A stretch of DNA of 64,000 bases, taken from positions 38,145 to 102,144 of the forward strand of contig NMRA01000457.1 of the NCBI GenBank assembly GCA_002633005.1, in the 5' to 3' direction. This DNA comes from Phoronis australis. Lineage: Eukaryota > Animalia > Phoronida. The first letter of the stretch is position 1. Each line of letters begins with the position of its first letter. A program made the position numbers and the translations under genes. Below, piece by piece: positions 51,247 through 64,000 of this stretch. The notes under the pieces are model-generated. The model was not told the DNA's origin. It was given only the letters and a program-made list of their open reading frames with translations, and ran no database searches.

Positions 51247-51749
51247 ATTGCTGACTCCATCTCTGAGCTTGTTTGACTGAAACCCGATGCACAAAACGAC
51301 GTTTTAGTGATAATTAAGTTATCAACCCACTGAAAATTCAGTTGACATTGCGAATGAATGTTGAAATAACAAACATGGTTATAAAAAGTGTTGCAGGCGG
51401 CCTGATACACGTTGGGTCTTTTTTAAACGCATAGTTTTCTTGCACGGTACCACAGTCGAACACGACCGTCTTTTTATAAAATATCTTACGTTTTGCGAGT
51501 TAATTTCCTAAGAGTACTTTGAGAGGGAAGTTTTCATTGAAAGGTCTCATTAAAATCCACTAAGGGGTAGATTTGCTATGAATCTAACTTTGTTTAAAAT
51601 GAAACTTTGATTTAAAAAGGGGTAGCCACGTTGTAATAAAAAGGACACGTAAGTATGAAGCGTATCTTTCTTTTTCAAAAATATGTACTTTTGCTGCTTG
51701 ACATTGGCTAATTTTCCTGATTACTGACATTGAATTAACGTTCTTCAGT

Positions 51750-53040
51750 TAGGTGCTAACCTTGACTTTGTGATTTTTGTTATTATTATTAAGTTGCCCA
51801 AATTTTCTATCAACTCAAGTTGTTTTCTGCTTTTATTTGTGGAGTACACATTGTTCTGAAAAAACAATCTGCAACTAACTAAATTATGTTTTCCGTCTTT
51901 GTCAGTTATGGCTGAGATCGTTTAAAAATCCAAAACAGTGTAGTAAAATAGCAGTTCTCTTACTATGGTTTGTCCAATGGCTAACAATAATGTTACCACT
52001 TCATTCACATTTCCATCAAGGTTCATATGACGTCATGTATTTTTGCTATCAACCACTTAAAACGTTGTAAACGTTGTGCGGCTGAATTTATACACCGAAC
52101 ATTCATGGATTTAACTTTTATATTAATCATCGCGATATTCCAGAGAGGTATGGACGCAATGTTCTGAGTAACCTTTAACAAGTATGGGTTCATAAACACG
52201 TTTGTAACACACACATCCGCAAATACACACGTACGCACACAGGCAAGGGGAACGGGGTCACGGTGATACAATACAGACACACATGTATTAATGCTCTTCC
52301 TTACCACGCAGCCGTTATATCATTTAGAGTTTGACCATATACTACACATCTTCAGTGTTTTCAGGGTATTGTTACATTATATGGTGCTACGGAAGAGAAC
52401 TACAAATCATCACTGTGTTATCAGTTGTACAGTACTGTCATATTCTGCAGGGCAAAAATTAATTCAGCGTCTTTTCATCACGCACTACTGTACGTTTATT
52501 TTTTGAAGTTTGAAATAGCGAGAGGGTAATTTACGACAATCTTCTCGTATGAAACACTGCGTGTTCTTTAGATTTTTCTCCGGCGAAAATGCGTCCTGAC
52601 GATAGCGATAACTTACGAACGTCACTCGAACGAGTTGGCTGATATTCGTTGACGGTTATTGGAATTGCTACTGCTTGCACTTCCGGTTGATCTTGCATTT
52701 TCACCCGGCATGCGGGTTTTCCAACTCTGCGGCTACGATCTACACAAATAGGGTCCATAGTCACCTTTATTTTTTCGTATAACAACTTCTGAACGATCAG
52801 ATCACAGCTTTCATCGGTAGTGTCTTCCAGTTTGTACATACGGACTGAATTCATTTAGGAATATTGCACTGGATCTTTTACGTTGGTCTTAGGGGCAAGA
52901 TTGTCTGGTTTCACTGACTATGGTTCTTTTTTCATTTCTTGTAGCTCCTCTCAGATAACTTTCCTGAATACCAGTATGATCTATCTTACCTAACTTTCAA
53001 CCTCGTTTCAAAGTCAACCATTGTTACCAACAGCTTGAAA
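51750..53040 (-). mobile_element. Decayed 5' part of an L1/Tx1-like LINE (ORF1 and start of APE endonuclease)
   Basis: VQYS*MNSVRMYKLED..ESCD..V.....I.V.....VDRSRRVGK resembles the L1-type ORF1 pattern LEQYSRRNN.RI....E...IDRAHR.G. It is followed by IKVKSMNVRCINSAAQR...FKWL....HDVI, resembling the SLNVRGL...KR..IF.WL endonuclease start. Confidence 0.65.
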
Positions 53041-54684
53041 TTCCCTTTTCAACGGCAGATTAATTGGCACAGTAATTACTGACGAGATGACAAAAGTCTT
53101 AAGTAGTACGTAAGGAAGCCACGTTGCAAAACAGTAGGAGGGCTGTCATACATGTATTTAGCAAGGCATTATCGATTGTTGAGGTATTTTGCCTGTATGG
53201 TAGTGAACTCTGTATATAAATACTCGCCAGATAAGCGAAAACCGGTGTTCGGATGTCACTTCTTCAAATGCGAGATGGTTCACCTTAAACCAAAATTCTA
53301 TTGGCTGCTTAATATTCTGGGGCTAACCATCCACAATCGTTGATTAAAAGAGGCATGACGAAAATGCCATTTCGCAACGTGCAGTACACTGTACAATGTA
53401 AATTACTTTTCCCTGAGAGGGACGTTCCAGCAAAAATCCCAAAATCCACGATTTTTGAAATTCGCACTAAGGAAAAACCGTAGAAACCAAAGAGTTTCTA
53501 ATCTCTCTCCCATTTACGATAAATGCGCGCAGCGCTCCCAGTCATTCAAAACAGCTGAGTGATAAGATGGATATTAAAGATGCATAGTCCCATTAAATTG
53601 TGGATATGCAAATGAAGTACTAATTTACAAACAACCCCGGGTCTTCCGGTGTGCCGGACACCATCTCAGAACCAGTTACCATAAAAATCTTGCAAAAGTC
53701 TCGTTTTGTGAGACTATTTTTATATAAACGAGTATAGAAATATTTCTCAGTTACCCTAATGAAACAAGGCAAAGTTTTTATTATCTGTTTATTTCACTAT
53801 CAAATAAAGATTGCTTACTATTTGGAATTGTACGTTCAAACTTGTTTTTAAGTATATCATTTGTAGTGTTTTTTAAACCGCAATTTATTAACAAACTTTT
53901 CCTTTACCTGATTGTACTTTTACACATAGTTCTCCAGGAAGTCAATAAGTGGCGCTTTCTACAAACATAAATATGCACGGATTGAATGAGACACAGCATG
54001 TGAGGCCGCCTGTGTGTACAAAACGCCAAAGTTGTGTAGTCCATCCTAATTTAAACAAATGCGTAACAATTTGATACTCACGTTTCACAGATATTGCAAT
54101 TTTTCTGATAATGAGATTTATGGCACTCTGACATAAATCCTATTATTTGGGCAAATAACATTAGACACCCCTTCATCCTTCATATCCAACTCCTAGTTAG
54201 TTCCTACCAAGTCCGATGGTAGCGCTGTTTGTTCTTTCTCTCCAGCTTCCTGTTGGCCCAGCCACAAGCAACAGTACGTTCAATCGTAAGTTTTCCTAAT
54301 TAGCCAATTTTGTACTCCTCCCACCCTCCCTTACCCTCGGTACCACGACATCTCCACTCAACCGATTGATACCTTTCCCACACTCCCCCTTTTATCGAAC
54401 AAAATCTGCTGTTGGTTATTGTTGATTTTGCAGTCCCTGCTGGTACCTTCTTCAGGCCTGGAGCGCGATACCGTCCGGCAAGAACCGACGTCATTGGCTA
54501 ACGACCCGACCTGTACTCGAGCATCCATCACTGCAGCTTGCTTCTCTCCACCCCGGTCACAGCTCTCGGCACAAACTGAGCCACAACACCACGTTCCTTA
54601 CAATATCTCTTTTTATCACTCCGGCTGGTCTGCTCACTCAGCTTGTCCGGAACCCTGCTTTGCAGGTTGTTATAGCCCAGTTGG

Positions 54685-54892
54685 CTGTTTAGTGTACCCA
54701 TTTGGTACTTTATATGATATTTGCCCATTTGGCAGTTTGTACCCACTTGGTACTTGTTATTGAATTTGCCGTTTTGCTCGACCCAGTTGGTAGGCAATCG
54801 GCCAATACCCATTTGGTATTATGTACCCATTTGGTACTATTGCTAACCTGTGCCACTTAGCATCCGATACCCAATTGTACTTTGGGTATCGG
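54685..54892. repeat. Degenerate TACCCATTTGGTA palindromic short-repeat cluster
   Basis: tacccatttggta/tacccacttggta/tgcccatttggca repeated ~6 times, ending in the hairpin ccgatacccaa...ttgggtatcgg. Confidence 0.55.
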
Positions 54893-55792
54893 AAATGTGT
54901 GTGTTATCTCTTGTAATTAAGGAACCCATCTAGTTCCTTCTGTGAAATATTTATTTGTAGAGCTGTGATCCTGAAATTCCCAATACAACTTAAAATATAC
55001 ATTATTGTTGTTGTTTTATTTGTCCCCAATAAAACAACTGAATACGTGAATTTGTGATGTTCTGACCATAAAATACTTAGTTAAGACAACAATCTGTGTC
55101 CAGTGACGAGCCTAATGCCTTGATAATGTATCTAATATGACTGATTTTTGGGACAAAAATATTTTCTTTGTCAAATTTAAAAATGACACTGCTTGGAATT
55201 CAAGTCAACGTTTAATGTATAATAATTGGCAACACAAAGTAAAACAAAATGGCACTAAATATTCACAGAGGTCTGGATAGCACACTAAGGCAAGCATTTG
55301 GTTCATGTCACCATAGATTATGATGTCACAGACACTGCAAACATTGTCCTAATGATGCTAAAACAATTTCATTGTTCATGAATGTTTAACTGGTACAGTT
55401 GAGTTTGACTACAAACGGTAGTGTTTCGCACAATTTATTTGATATTTCTTTTTCATCCAGACTCGTTTTTGTGTGGCGCAAAGTCTGTAAAGGATAATGT
55501 ACCATAGAACCCCGGTAATCTGACCTCTTGTTACTTAAATAATTTTTAAGAAAGTAATTCAAAGTCTTTTGTACACTAGCTTGTAGTGCATGTCTATTAT
55601 TTGAGTCACAACGACAATCCGTTCCTATTAGTGCACGTCGGTGCTTTGTTTTTACTTGATCACGGGCTTAGCGATCAATGATACTAATAGTTTTCTGTAA
55701 CTATTAGTTACAGGAATCTATTAGATGTGGTTGTCGGAGGTCCAGAAAAGAAAAAAAATAGCTGAAAGTCCGCTCGGCGCCTCTGCGAGTGA

Positions 55793-56198
55793 CACAGCAT
55801 GAACACGACAAAATTCAAAGTGAGATTGCAGTTTTCACCCTGCTGTATTGAATTTCACAGTACCTCCATAGTTTTTTGTTTCTCGAGATACATTGTAGAC
55901 TTGTTGATAACATCCTGAAGATATATGGTGAAAAATTTGAACGAATTCGGTTGCAGAGAAATTACTTGTCAAAGAGTGGCTCACTTCTTTGGGACACCTA
56001 ATATAATTTGCATTAAACACAAAAACCTGTGACATTCAGTTGTACTGAGTGACATATTCAGTACTTTTCATAATTTTGTGTTGTGAGTCATTGAAATAAA
56101 ATTTAGTTACCTACTTTAATTATCTCGTTTAGAGTCACACCGTGACATTAGCTGTGGTCAACGTTAATAATTTCCAAAGTGTCTGATCTCTCCCGTCC
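55793..56198 (+). repeat. ~400-bp direct duplication of 60128-60542 (mariner right end plus flank)
   Basis: Near-identical sequence from cacagcatgaacacga to ctctcccgtcc at both loci. Confidence 0.9.
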
Positions 56199-57239
56199 TT
56201 TTCCGTATTTTCTGATATTGTTTTCCACGCGTTTTTGATGCATTTACTCACTTGTGTCAAGCACTGGTGATAATGGCAATGACTAAATGCCGATGAACTA
56301 GGTTTAACAAACTTTCGTGAGTATTCCAATCTCCTCAGTCCAACGATCGTTTCAACCATAGACTTAGATCTAAAGCTTAACATTTATCTGCAGATGTGGT
56401 AACAGGGTTACTTACCGTTAAGTGGTTCATGCGTGTGATTCGATAGTCGTGTATGATTTTATTTTCGTACGTATGTATGGTTTTTGTGTTCATATGGTTG
56501 TTTTTTGGGGGGGTTCGTATGCACGATTCATACATTCGTAGTAGGTTCGTGCGCAAGATTACGATACTCGTGCTCATGATTCTATGGCAACCCTGACGAA
56601 CCCTTCATGTTTTGTCTACACGATCTTGACCTAGATCCCGGACGCAACGACTATTTCATTTTTAAAGCGAATGACTATATCGAACTAAAGTATGTTGGAG
56701 ATCACCATGTTTGCAGATGACAGAAGACTCCGCGGTTTGTTACCCTCTTCAGTTGTTGCTTTGAACACAAATAGCAGCTTGCGCCAAGAAAACATGACTA
56801 TCTAAACCTATCAAGCAAAATGTGGCGATATTATTGATATCGTTGTTTTGCTAGCAGTGCACCTTTCGTTTTGGTTAACTTTTAATAAACATACATTATC
56901 ACGTGACCCAATTAGTATCAAATTGCAGTTAGTGTCAAACAGCAAATTTTGCATGATTTCTACTTCCAGAAAATATTTGCTCTTACTGAGTAAAAATCAG
57001 TAGTTTTCTTAGATATTTGGCTGAATATACCGAGTTGTCGCCAAGATCCTATATAATCTTAACTTTTAGAATTTCATACGATTCGTAGACGTTGCGAGTT
57101 TTCTGATAACATGGGCTAAATAAGTGATTTCTCCGTCAATATGCGGTTACTATAGTCTTTTAAGACAGTGACTAGTCCAATGTCACAATTACATATCTTT
57201 GACAGTGACTATGGCGACGGAGACGTTGTTTTCACCAGA

Positions 57240-57990
57240 TGTTCAATGGTATTGCGTGGATTTCGAATTAAGATAGTATGTTTAACATTATCAATTTGGC
57301 GACACGCGATAAAACCGTCAATATACGCTGGGTCAGGGCCCATGTGGGAATTGATGGCAATGAGAATGCAGACAGACTCGCAAAGATAGGAGCAAGCGTT
57401 TTGCATTTTGTGCCTGAACCTGCTATCCCGGTATCTTACGGATGTTGCAGGATGAGTATACGCAACTGGGTACATACCCAGTCAGCAGCCCAGTGGGCAT
57501 CACTTAACTCCTGCAGAGAGACCAAGGAGAATTTTCCCAACGTTATCGAACCAAAAGGTTCAAAAAGCCTTCTGAGTCTAGATAGATTGGGTATAAGACA
57601 CGTCATTCAAATTTTGACGGGCCACTGCAACCTAGCCCGACACAGACACATTACTGGGCATATGGGGAGCCCTGTGTGTCCTGAGTGTGGGTACTGACGT
57701 AGAATCTCCTAAACACCTGGTAGAGTCTTGCCCAGCTTTTTATATGCTAAGGAGCAACCTACTGGATGGCACTGTTACATGCCTACAACATATAGTGCAT
57801 GGCAACAAATGGAAACGTCTGTCCGTTTTCCTAAAGGAGACTGGCAGACTTGAAAACTGTCTTCACGAGGAGCCATAATTGGGGTCTCGTGCCTTTGCTC
57901 AAGTGTTTTGTGCAATGGGCCCAACCATGAGGCCTGCGCACGTCTGATGCACCGCAAATGACATCAGACCACCTGCACTGTTTTATTTAA
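57240..57990 (+). mobile_element. 3' end of a 5'-truncated RNase H-containing LINE (I group, LOA-like)
   Basis: VNIRWVRAHVGIDGNENADRLAKIG (RNase H C-terminus), QILTGHCNLARH, CCHC finger CPECG..ESPKHLVESCP (split by a frameshift near 57695), 3' UTR tgcaatgggccc...ggcct. Confidence 0.85.
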
Positions 57991-58538
57991 ACGAAAAACC
58001 AACACCAAGGGTGGATGTACAAGCGGTCGGACACTTGCTGGACTTCAAAACCAGCTAGCTGGACTGCAAAACCAAATGGCCGGCGTTTTAACTTCGTGGT
58101 CGGACCGCATAACAGGTTGGCCGGTAGCCTACCCCAAGACCAGATGGCCGAACCCAAATAGGGTTGGTTGAACCTAGGTCGCGGTCAGCAAACTAAAGTA
58201 ACTATGTGATTCAGGCCAAAAAGCAAAAAAATCCAACACAAAACAAACATCTCAGTATCGATAGTAGGCCTACATTTGAGTTTGACTAAAANCCCCCCCC
58301 CCCCCCCCCCAAGATCCAATTTCAAGTGTCAAATTCGGAACACGGCTCAATCGTAACAAAACTATGGCTAAGTATAGGCTCTCCAGCGATATCCCAGGCG
58401 ACCGGCAGTGGCGCTGCGCACTACGACTCCGACTCCGTTTCCGTCGTCTGCTTCACTGTGCAATGAAGAAAATTACTTTATTTTTTAAAGAAAATGGAAT
58501 TTGAGTGACGATGAAAAAACAGAAGCTGCTGGTAAGAT

Positions 58539-58721
58539 GTGAATTTTAATCGAAACCTCAGTGAATCACTCAGAAACTCATAATTATCTCTTTGTCAAAC
58601 GTTAACTTAAGACAATTTCCAAAGCAATCGCGTCGTGAATTTTAATCGAAGCCTCAGTGAATCACTCAGAAACTTATAATTATCTCTTTGTCAAACCTTA
58701 ACTTAAGACGATTTCCAAAGC
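58539..58721. repeat. Local tandem duplication, ~96-bp unit x2
   Basis: gtgaattttaatcgaa.cctcagtgaatcactcagaaact...ttccaaagc occurs twice. Confidence 0.85.
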
Positions 58722-58901
58722 CACGATTAAGGACACGGTTGCGCGTTGGTCGACGGGCAGCGGACGCTGTGAGGCGGTTTCGTATATGTGCTCAAAAGTC
58801 GGCAATGGGGTAGCGGACTGTGACAAGACCGCGACCCATATTAAGTAGAAGACCGTGTCAGAACATTGTTCGTGAGCTTATACAACGAAATCTGACTGCT
58901 A

Positions 58902-60347
58902 TATGAGGTGTCCCAAAAAAGTGAGCCACGTTTTGACAAGCACCAGATTAAGCGATATTTTTCAAACTTCTTACCGATGAATCTTATGATATTATAAAAA
59001 ATATGAAAAATATCAAATAAACATGTGTCCAATTGCGCGAATACTGTCAAATTAAAAACATCAGGTCAAAAATAAAATACCAAAGGGAAGCTCACTTACT
59101 TCAATCTACATGTATGGTCCATGTGGCCTCTATCACATTCCTCCGCCACTAAACGGAGCCGTCCATCGAGATTTCCTCTCATGACATGTAATTATCATGT
59201 CCTTTAGCTCCTGCTCAGTCAATTTGTCCCTCATTCCCCGGTAAACTTTCTCGTTCAGAAGGACCTATGTGGCATAGTCCATTGGATCGCAGTCAGCACT
59301 GAGCGGAGGCCGCACATCCTTTTTGGTGTGGCCTCTTTCAGGTGAGGCTGGGTTATCTTGCTTGTGTTTGAAGGAGACCCATCTTGCTGAAACACGTCAC
59401 GGTTTCCAGGATAAAGTGGCCTTCAATCCCGGAGATTTTCACCCAATAACTGCATGTACCTTTGATTGTTAACTTTGGCTCTATCAGTGTCAATAAAATA
59501 TATATTTGTTTTCCCTTCCCAAAATACTCTGTTTTTTTGGCAATTTTTAGCGATTTTAAATCTTTTTAACCAATGAAAATGATCACAGCAGTGGCTGAAG
59601 AGCGGCCGTGCACTTTCTTCATCGAGTTTTTCTTTTCCTTGTAACATTTTTGTCTCTCTTTTGAAGAGTTTTAGCTCCAGTTTTTTTCGCCATTGTTTGC
59701 ACAGAAGACTTGCTCACTAACTTGTAAATCGCTTGCGACTTCTCTCAGAGATATGTGATTCCCCGGTTTTCCCCCCGGGATTGAATCAGTTACTCAACAC
59801 GATCCTCTTTTTCTTTCAAACACGCAGTCTTGAGTTTTCCACTGCCACTTTTACGCGCAACAGACCCTGTGTTGCTTATTCTATAGGTACGGTAATTCTA
59901 TTTACAATCGCCTCACTCCACCCTTTTCCTAGGAACTCCCTTACGATTCTTCTTCTGCCCCACCATTTCTCCGTGAAACATGTTTCAGTAGTAAATTCAT
60001 CACTTTCACTCAAAGGCATCCTTACAAACCGGAATATTGGACAGATCTGATTTGGATACAGATCTGACAACAAAAAACAATAGACTTGAGACACAGGCAG
60101 GCAATTCGTTTGACTGACAGATGCCAGCACAGCATGAACACGATGCAATTCAAAGTGAGATTGCAGTTTTCACCCTGCTGTATTGAATTTCACAGTACCT
60201 CCATAGTTTTTTGTTTCTCTGCGATACATTTTAGACTTGTTGATAACACCCTGAACATATATGGTGAAAAATTTGAACGAATTCGGTTAGTCAGTTGCAG
60301 GGAAATTACTTGTCAAAGAGTGGCTCACTTCTTTGGGACACCTAATA
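58902..60347 (-). mobile_element. Decayed Tc1/mariner transposon, maT/DD37D-like
   Basis: TA|TATGAGGTGTCCCAAAAAAGTGAGCCAC ... GTGGCTCACTTCTTTGGGACACCTAATA|TA. Minus-strand fragments: WEGKTNIYFID...KVNNQRYMQLL, FQQDGSP, and PPLSADCDPMDYA, resembling WPPNSPDLNPLDY. Confidence 0.8.
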
Positions 60348-60885
60348 TAATTTGCATTAAACACAAAAACTTGTGACATTCAGTTGTACTGAGTGACACA
60401 TTCAGTACTTTTTATAATTTTGTGTTGTGAGTAATTGAAATAAAATTTAGTTACCTACTTTAATTATCTCGTTTAGAGTCACACCGTGACATTAGCTGTG
60501 GTCAACGTTAATAATTTTCAAAGTGTCTGATCTCTCCCGTCCAACACTAGTCATAAAATGCGTTTTTCGACCATAAAAAGGCCAATGCTCCTTTAAGCTC
60601 CTCCAAATGGGAGCGCACTGACTACTGACCATCTGCATGGAACCGGCTATAACGTGTCTCGTTAAATCGAAAAAGAAAGTGGTTAAGACCAGATAGTAGT
60701 ATATTTTTCAGTTGTACCAAATACTCCGCCTTCTCTTTATCACAGGAAGCGCGGTCAATATTAAATGCGCTAAACTGTTCAATCGCACAAGACCTGCTTA
60801 CGCCTTGCCTACATCTACAAATAGATAATTTGTCATCGGAATCGATCATAATCACGCTTCAGTGGCTAGAGCGCTGAGCGCGAAA

Positions 60886-62273
60886 ATGGTGCGTAGTAAA
60901 TCATCACATAGTATGCCTACTCTGCGAAGTCGAATTTATAGTTTTGTCTCAAACCTGAGTGACGATGTGGATAATATTCAACTGAAGGAAATTCTAGATG
61001 CTGGTAGCAAGAGACAAAAGAGAATAGCTCTCTTGAAAATGGTTGGGCTTGTGTTCTTTCCAATAATTGTCTTAATTTCGTTGTCATCCTACGAGCTTGT
61101 GAATGCTCGAAACAATCAACGTTTAGCCCAGGTAACAAAGTCCGAAGTCCTTAACCATATCAACACGGGCAAGGCAGTTATTAGTCTTCAGATCGAGCGT
61201 GGCCTCAGTGTAATGGTTTTGAGTTCCAATCACTCAAACCTGTCTGCTTTTAATACTTTGAAAATGAGGCGATCTCATACGGACCTTCTTCTGAAGAACG
61301 TTTCACAGTGGACGCAAGAGATTTACAACATGACGAAGAAAGCCGTGATGGAGAAGATCATCAAACATCGAAGTAACGTGGACAAAGGGAAGGTCTCCAT
61401 GACAAAGAACATTCATTTTTATTCTAACATCACTTACGGTCTCATGAATACAATAACTGATTCTTTGCTTCTTCCGAAAGGTGGGTCGTTTTGGTCTTTA
61501 CTGGTGTCATATAGTTGTCTCTTGTGGGCGTCTGATACCATTGGGGCACAAAGAGCATTAGGATCCGCTTTCTTTACCATGTGTTCCTTTGATTTGCCGA
61601 CGTCTAAGTGGTTTTCTCTCTTGGACGGTGAAAATAGTGGATATATTCGTTTAGCAATGTCTTATAGCCCCGAATTGAATTCTGTCTTCAAGAACAAGAT
61701 TGAGAACACGGGGATAGGCAAAGTTGTTGAGGAGTCCATCTCGTTAATGTTTGACGGGAACTTCAGAGACGTTTGTCTTAGTAAAAAATCCAAGGAGAGA
61801 CATTCTATGAGTATGGCGTGGTTTGACAATGTCACAGACTACATAGCCGGACTTTCGGCCATGCGCTCCATGATAAGTGAAGAAATTTTCGAAGAAATTG
61901 ATTCCGTGATTGTTGAGGTAAACACGAGTGTCGCATTGTTCACGGCAATAATCATTTCTGTTTCATTTTCTTCCGCTGTCATGGTGGTGATTTATGCGAA
62001 CTCCATGTCCAGCATACTCACCAAGATTGGAGAGTATGCCAGAAGAATCTCAACAAAAACCCACCTGCTGTCGCAAGAAAAGCAAAGAACGGATCAGCTC
62101 CTTTACCAGATGTTGCCAAAGTCTGTTGCAGAGGATTTGAAGACACACGGGAACGTCGCGGCTGAGTACTATAACGTATGCACCGTCTATTTCAGTGATA
62201 TCGTAGGATTCACTTCGATTGTTTCCTCATTAGACCCCATGCAAGTTGTGGATATGCTGAATTCACTTTACAG
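60886..62273 (+). CDS. First coding exon of a NIT (nitrate/nitrite-sensing) domain receptor guanylyl/adenylyl cyclase (TM1-NIT-TM2-signalling helix-start of cyclase domain); gene continues after an intron
   Basis: Open ORF 60862-62331 with first ATG at 60886. Hydrophobic TM1 (IALLKMVGLVFFPIIVLISLSSY), NIT-type motif LQIERGLS, TM2 (VALFTAIIISVSFSSAVMVVIYA), helix LSQEKQRTDQLLYQMLPKSVAEDLK, class III cyclase start CTVYFSDIVGFT...DPMQVVDMLNSLY. Splice donor AG|GTATGT at 62273/62274, after which cyclase similarity stops. No kinase-homology domain. Confidence 0.9.
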
Positions 62274-64000
62274 GTATGTTTTAAGAATTTTTTTGTTCCT
62301 ATTACCAACCGTACATGAGACGTTGATATAGAAGTTAGTCATATGTGGGTGTTTTGTGTGTTACACGTATTTTCAAGTACGGTATAATCCACGAATTGAA
62401 TGATGTGTACATGTACAATGAGTATTTTTAAGAATGCATGCTTCGTCTTTAAGGAAAATTATTTGTACGAGCCTCCCCGAGTCAGCATTATTTAAAAAAA
62501 TTCTTTTGATATCCGCTTTTGCGAATCACACCCCTTCAGATTCCTTTTACTTCAAATGGACAAACCGTTATTTTATGCACGTGTATTAAACTTGGTAAAT
62601 TTGCTTTTCAAGCAATTGCACTTTTTTACTAAATATGAAATTATGTCAGTAGTGACTGTGATTGAAAGCTCAACCTACGCGGACTTCTAACTTATTCTCC
62701 TTATTTATGGAAGTTTAGGAGTCGAAAGAGAAGAAAATGTCGTTTCTTATACTAAAAGTAATTAATAAACAAAAAGTGACCTTCCCGACTCATTAAATGG
62801 TTGATTTTTAGGTCAATTTTGGAAACAAAATAATTGTAATTTGAAAAGTATTTTAAATCGGATTAGTATTGAAGGTTTACAGTAAAGGGAGCAGCTATAC
62901 AATAATCTAAGGTGGAAGAGGGTGCGTAGAGGTCAAAATTTGTCAAAGCCGATAATTTGCCCTTTGAAATATTCAAATACAAAGATGGTGTTAAGATAGT
63001 GATCCAATTATTTCAAAATAATGTTTTCACAGATGTGTGAGTCAAAGCATTTGAGGAGTACCAGTTAACCGAGGTATAAGTCTGTTGTCACATGTTAATC
63101 ATATCTACATGTATATTGAAGAAGAAAATGGTTGCCAAAAAAATTGGGCAATTACACCACCCTGAAGGCCGAAGGCACACAAGGGCGATAGTACACCCCC
63201 ATAAAAAGTTACTCATCTCACAATAAAATCGAATGAAACATGCATGTAAACACAATACCATGATTCTGGAGACAATTTAGTAAACAATGTAAACTTATAC
63301 CACAATATCAGCCTCGAATGGCCAATACAACCATTTAGTTATTAAACGACGTTAGATAACATTTTGGCGAGAGACCGAGGCCTGCTTTGAAACCGGATCG
63401 CAAGAGTTTCGGGTCGTCGACTTTAGCACTGCACCACTCAGCGGCTCAGCACGCGCAATAATCTCATGTTCAACAAACCCCCTTGCACTCGCTGGTTCCC
63501 TGCGTGCCACTAGGTGGTCAGTTAGGTATTGCATGTAGGCCAAGTGAATGTGGTTTGTTTGCATGTGTGAACATGCTGAGAATGAAAAAGGCCACTTGCT
63601 GGTCTGTAGCTGCACTCTTCTTCAAGATGGTGCCCCCGCCCCCCTGTTGCAATTGTGCATTGCTGTGTAGCAACAGAGAAATTGACCGCGATTTCAGGTA
63701 GCCCTCAAACAGCCAAATTTGCAAAAAAATAGTTGATTGACCGTACTTTTGGACCACAATTTTGGAATTGGTAGGCAATTTGCTTTCGGAATGTAATGTT
63801 GGCTTTAGTCGAGCATCGGCAGGGAAGTGGTGGTTTTGGGGTGAAAAGTGCCGATTTTGCATTTTTTGCCCTTATTTTTCTTAGTCTAGCTTGGATTTCA
63901 CTGGGAGTGAAAGGGTAAAAATACAAGAGAGAATAAAGCTTCTGTGCTCATCAGTGTGGGTCTTGTGACGTGAAATGACCCAAAACTTTTCTTTATTTGC

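Noticed and set aside
62274-62331. C-terminal tail YVLRIFLFLLPTVHETLI of the 489-aa ORF
   Set aside because: Read-through into the intron after the AG|GTATGT donor.

Overview
AT-rich, repeat-dense eukaryotic (animal, probably marine invertebrate) genomic DNA with assembly gaps (N-run 15919-16033; single n at 31095, 33163, 58292). The only convincing host gene is the large first coding exon (60886-62273, +) of a two-transmembrane NIT-domain guanylyl/adenylyl cyclase (NIT-GC). About 7100-29200 is a degenerate tandem array of a ~1.9 kb unit, interrupted by Helentron-type (DINE-1/HINE-like) elements and MITEs. 38089-47474 is a decayed but complete ISL2EU (PIF/Harbinger-related) DNA transposon. 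Its THAP-HTH-DDE transposase (+) and SWIM-YqaJ exonuclease (-) genes converge and interlock, each last exon lying in the other gene's last intron. A 173-bp MITE with the same termini lies at 51074-51246. The rest is TE debris: a maT/DD37D mariner, Penelope GIY-YIG, L1/Tx1-like and LOA-like LINE remnants, Harbinger-type and EnSpm-like MITEs, and microsatellites. Domain and family calls come from motif recognition by eye; no searches were run.
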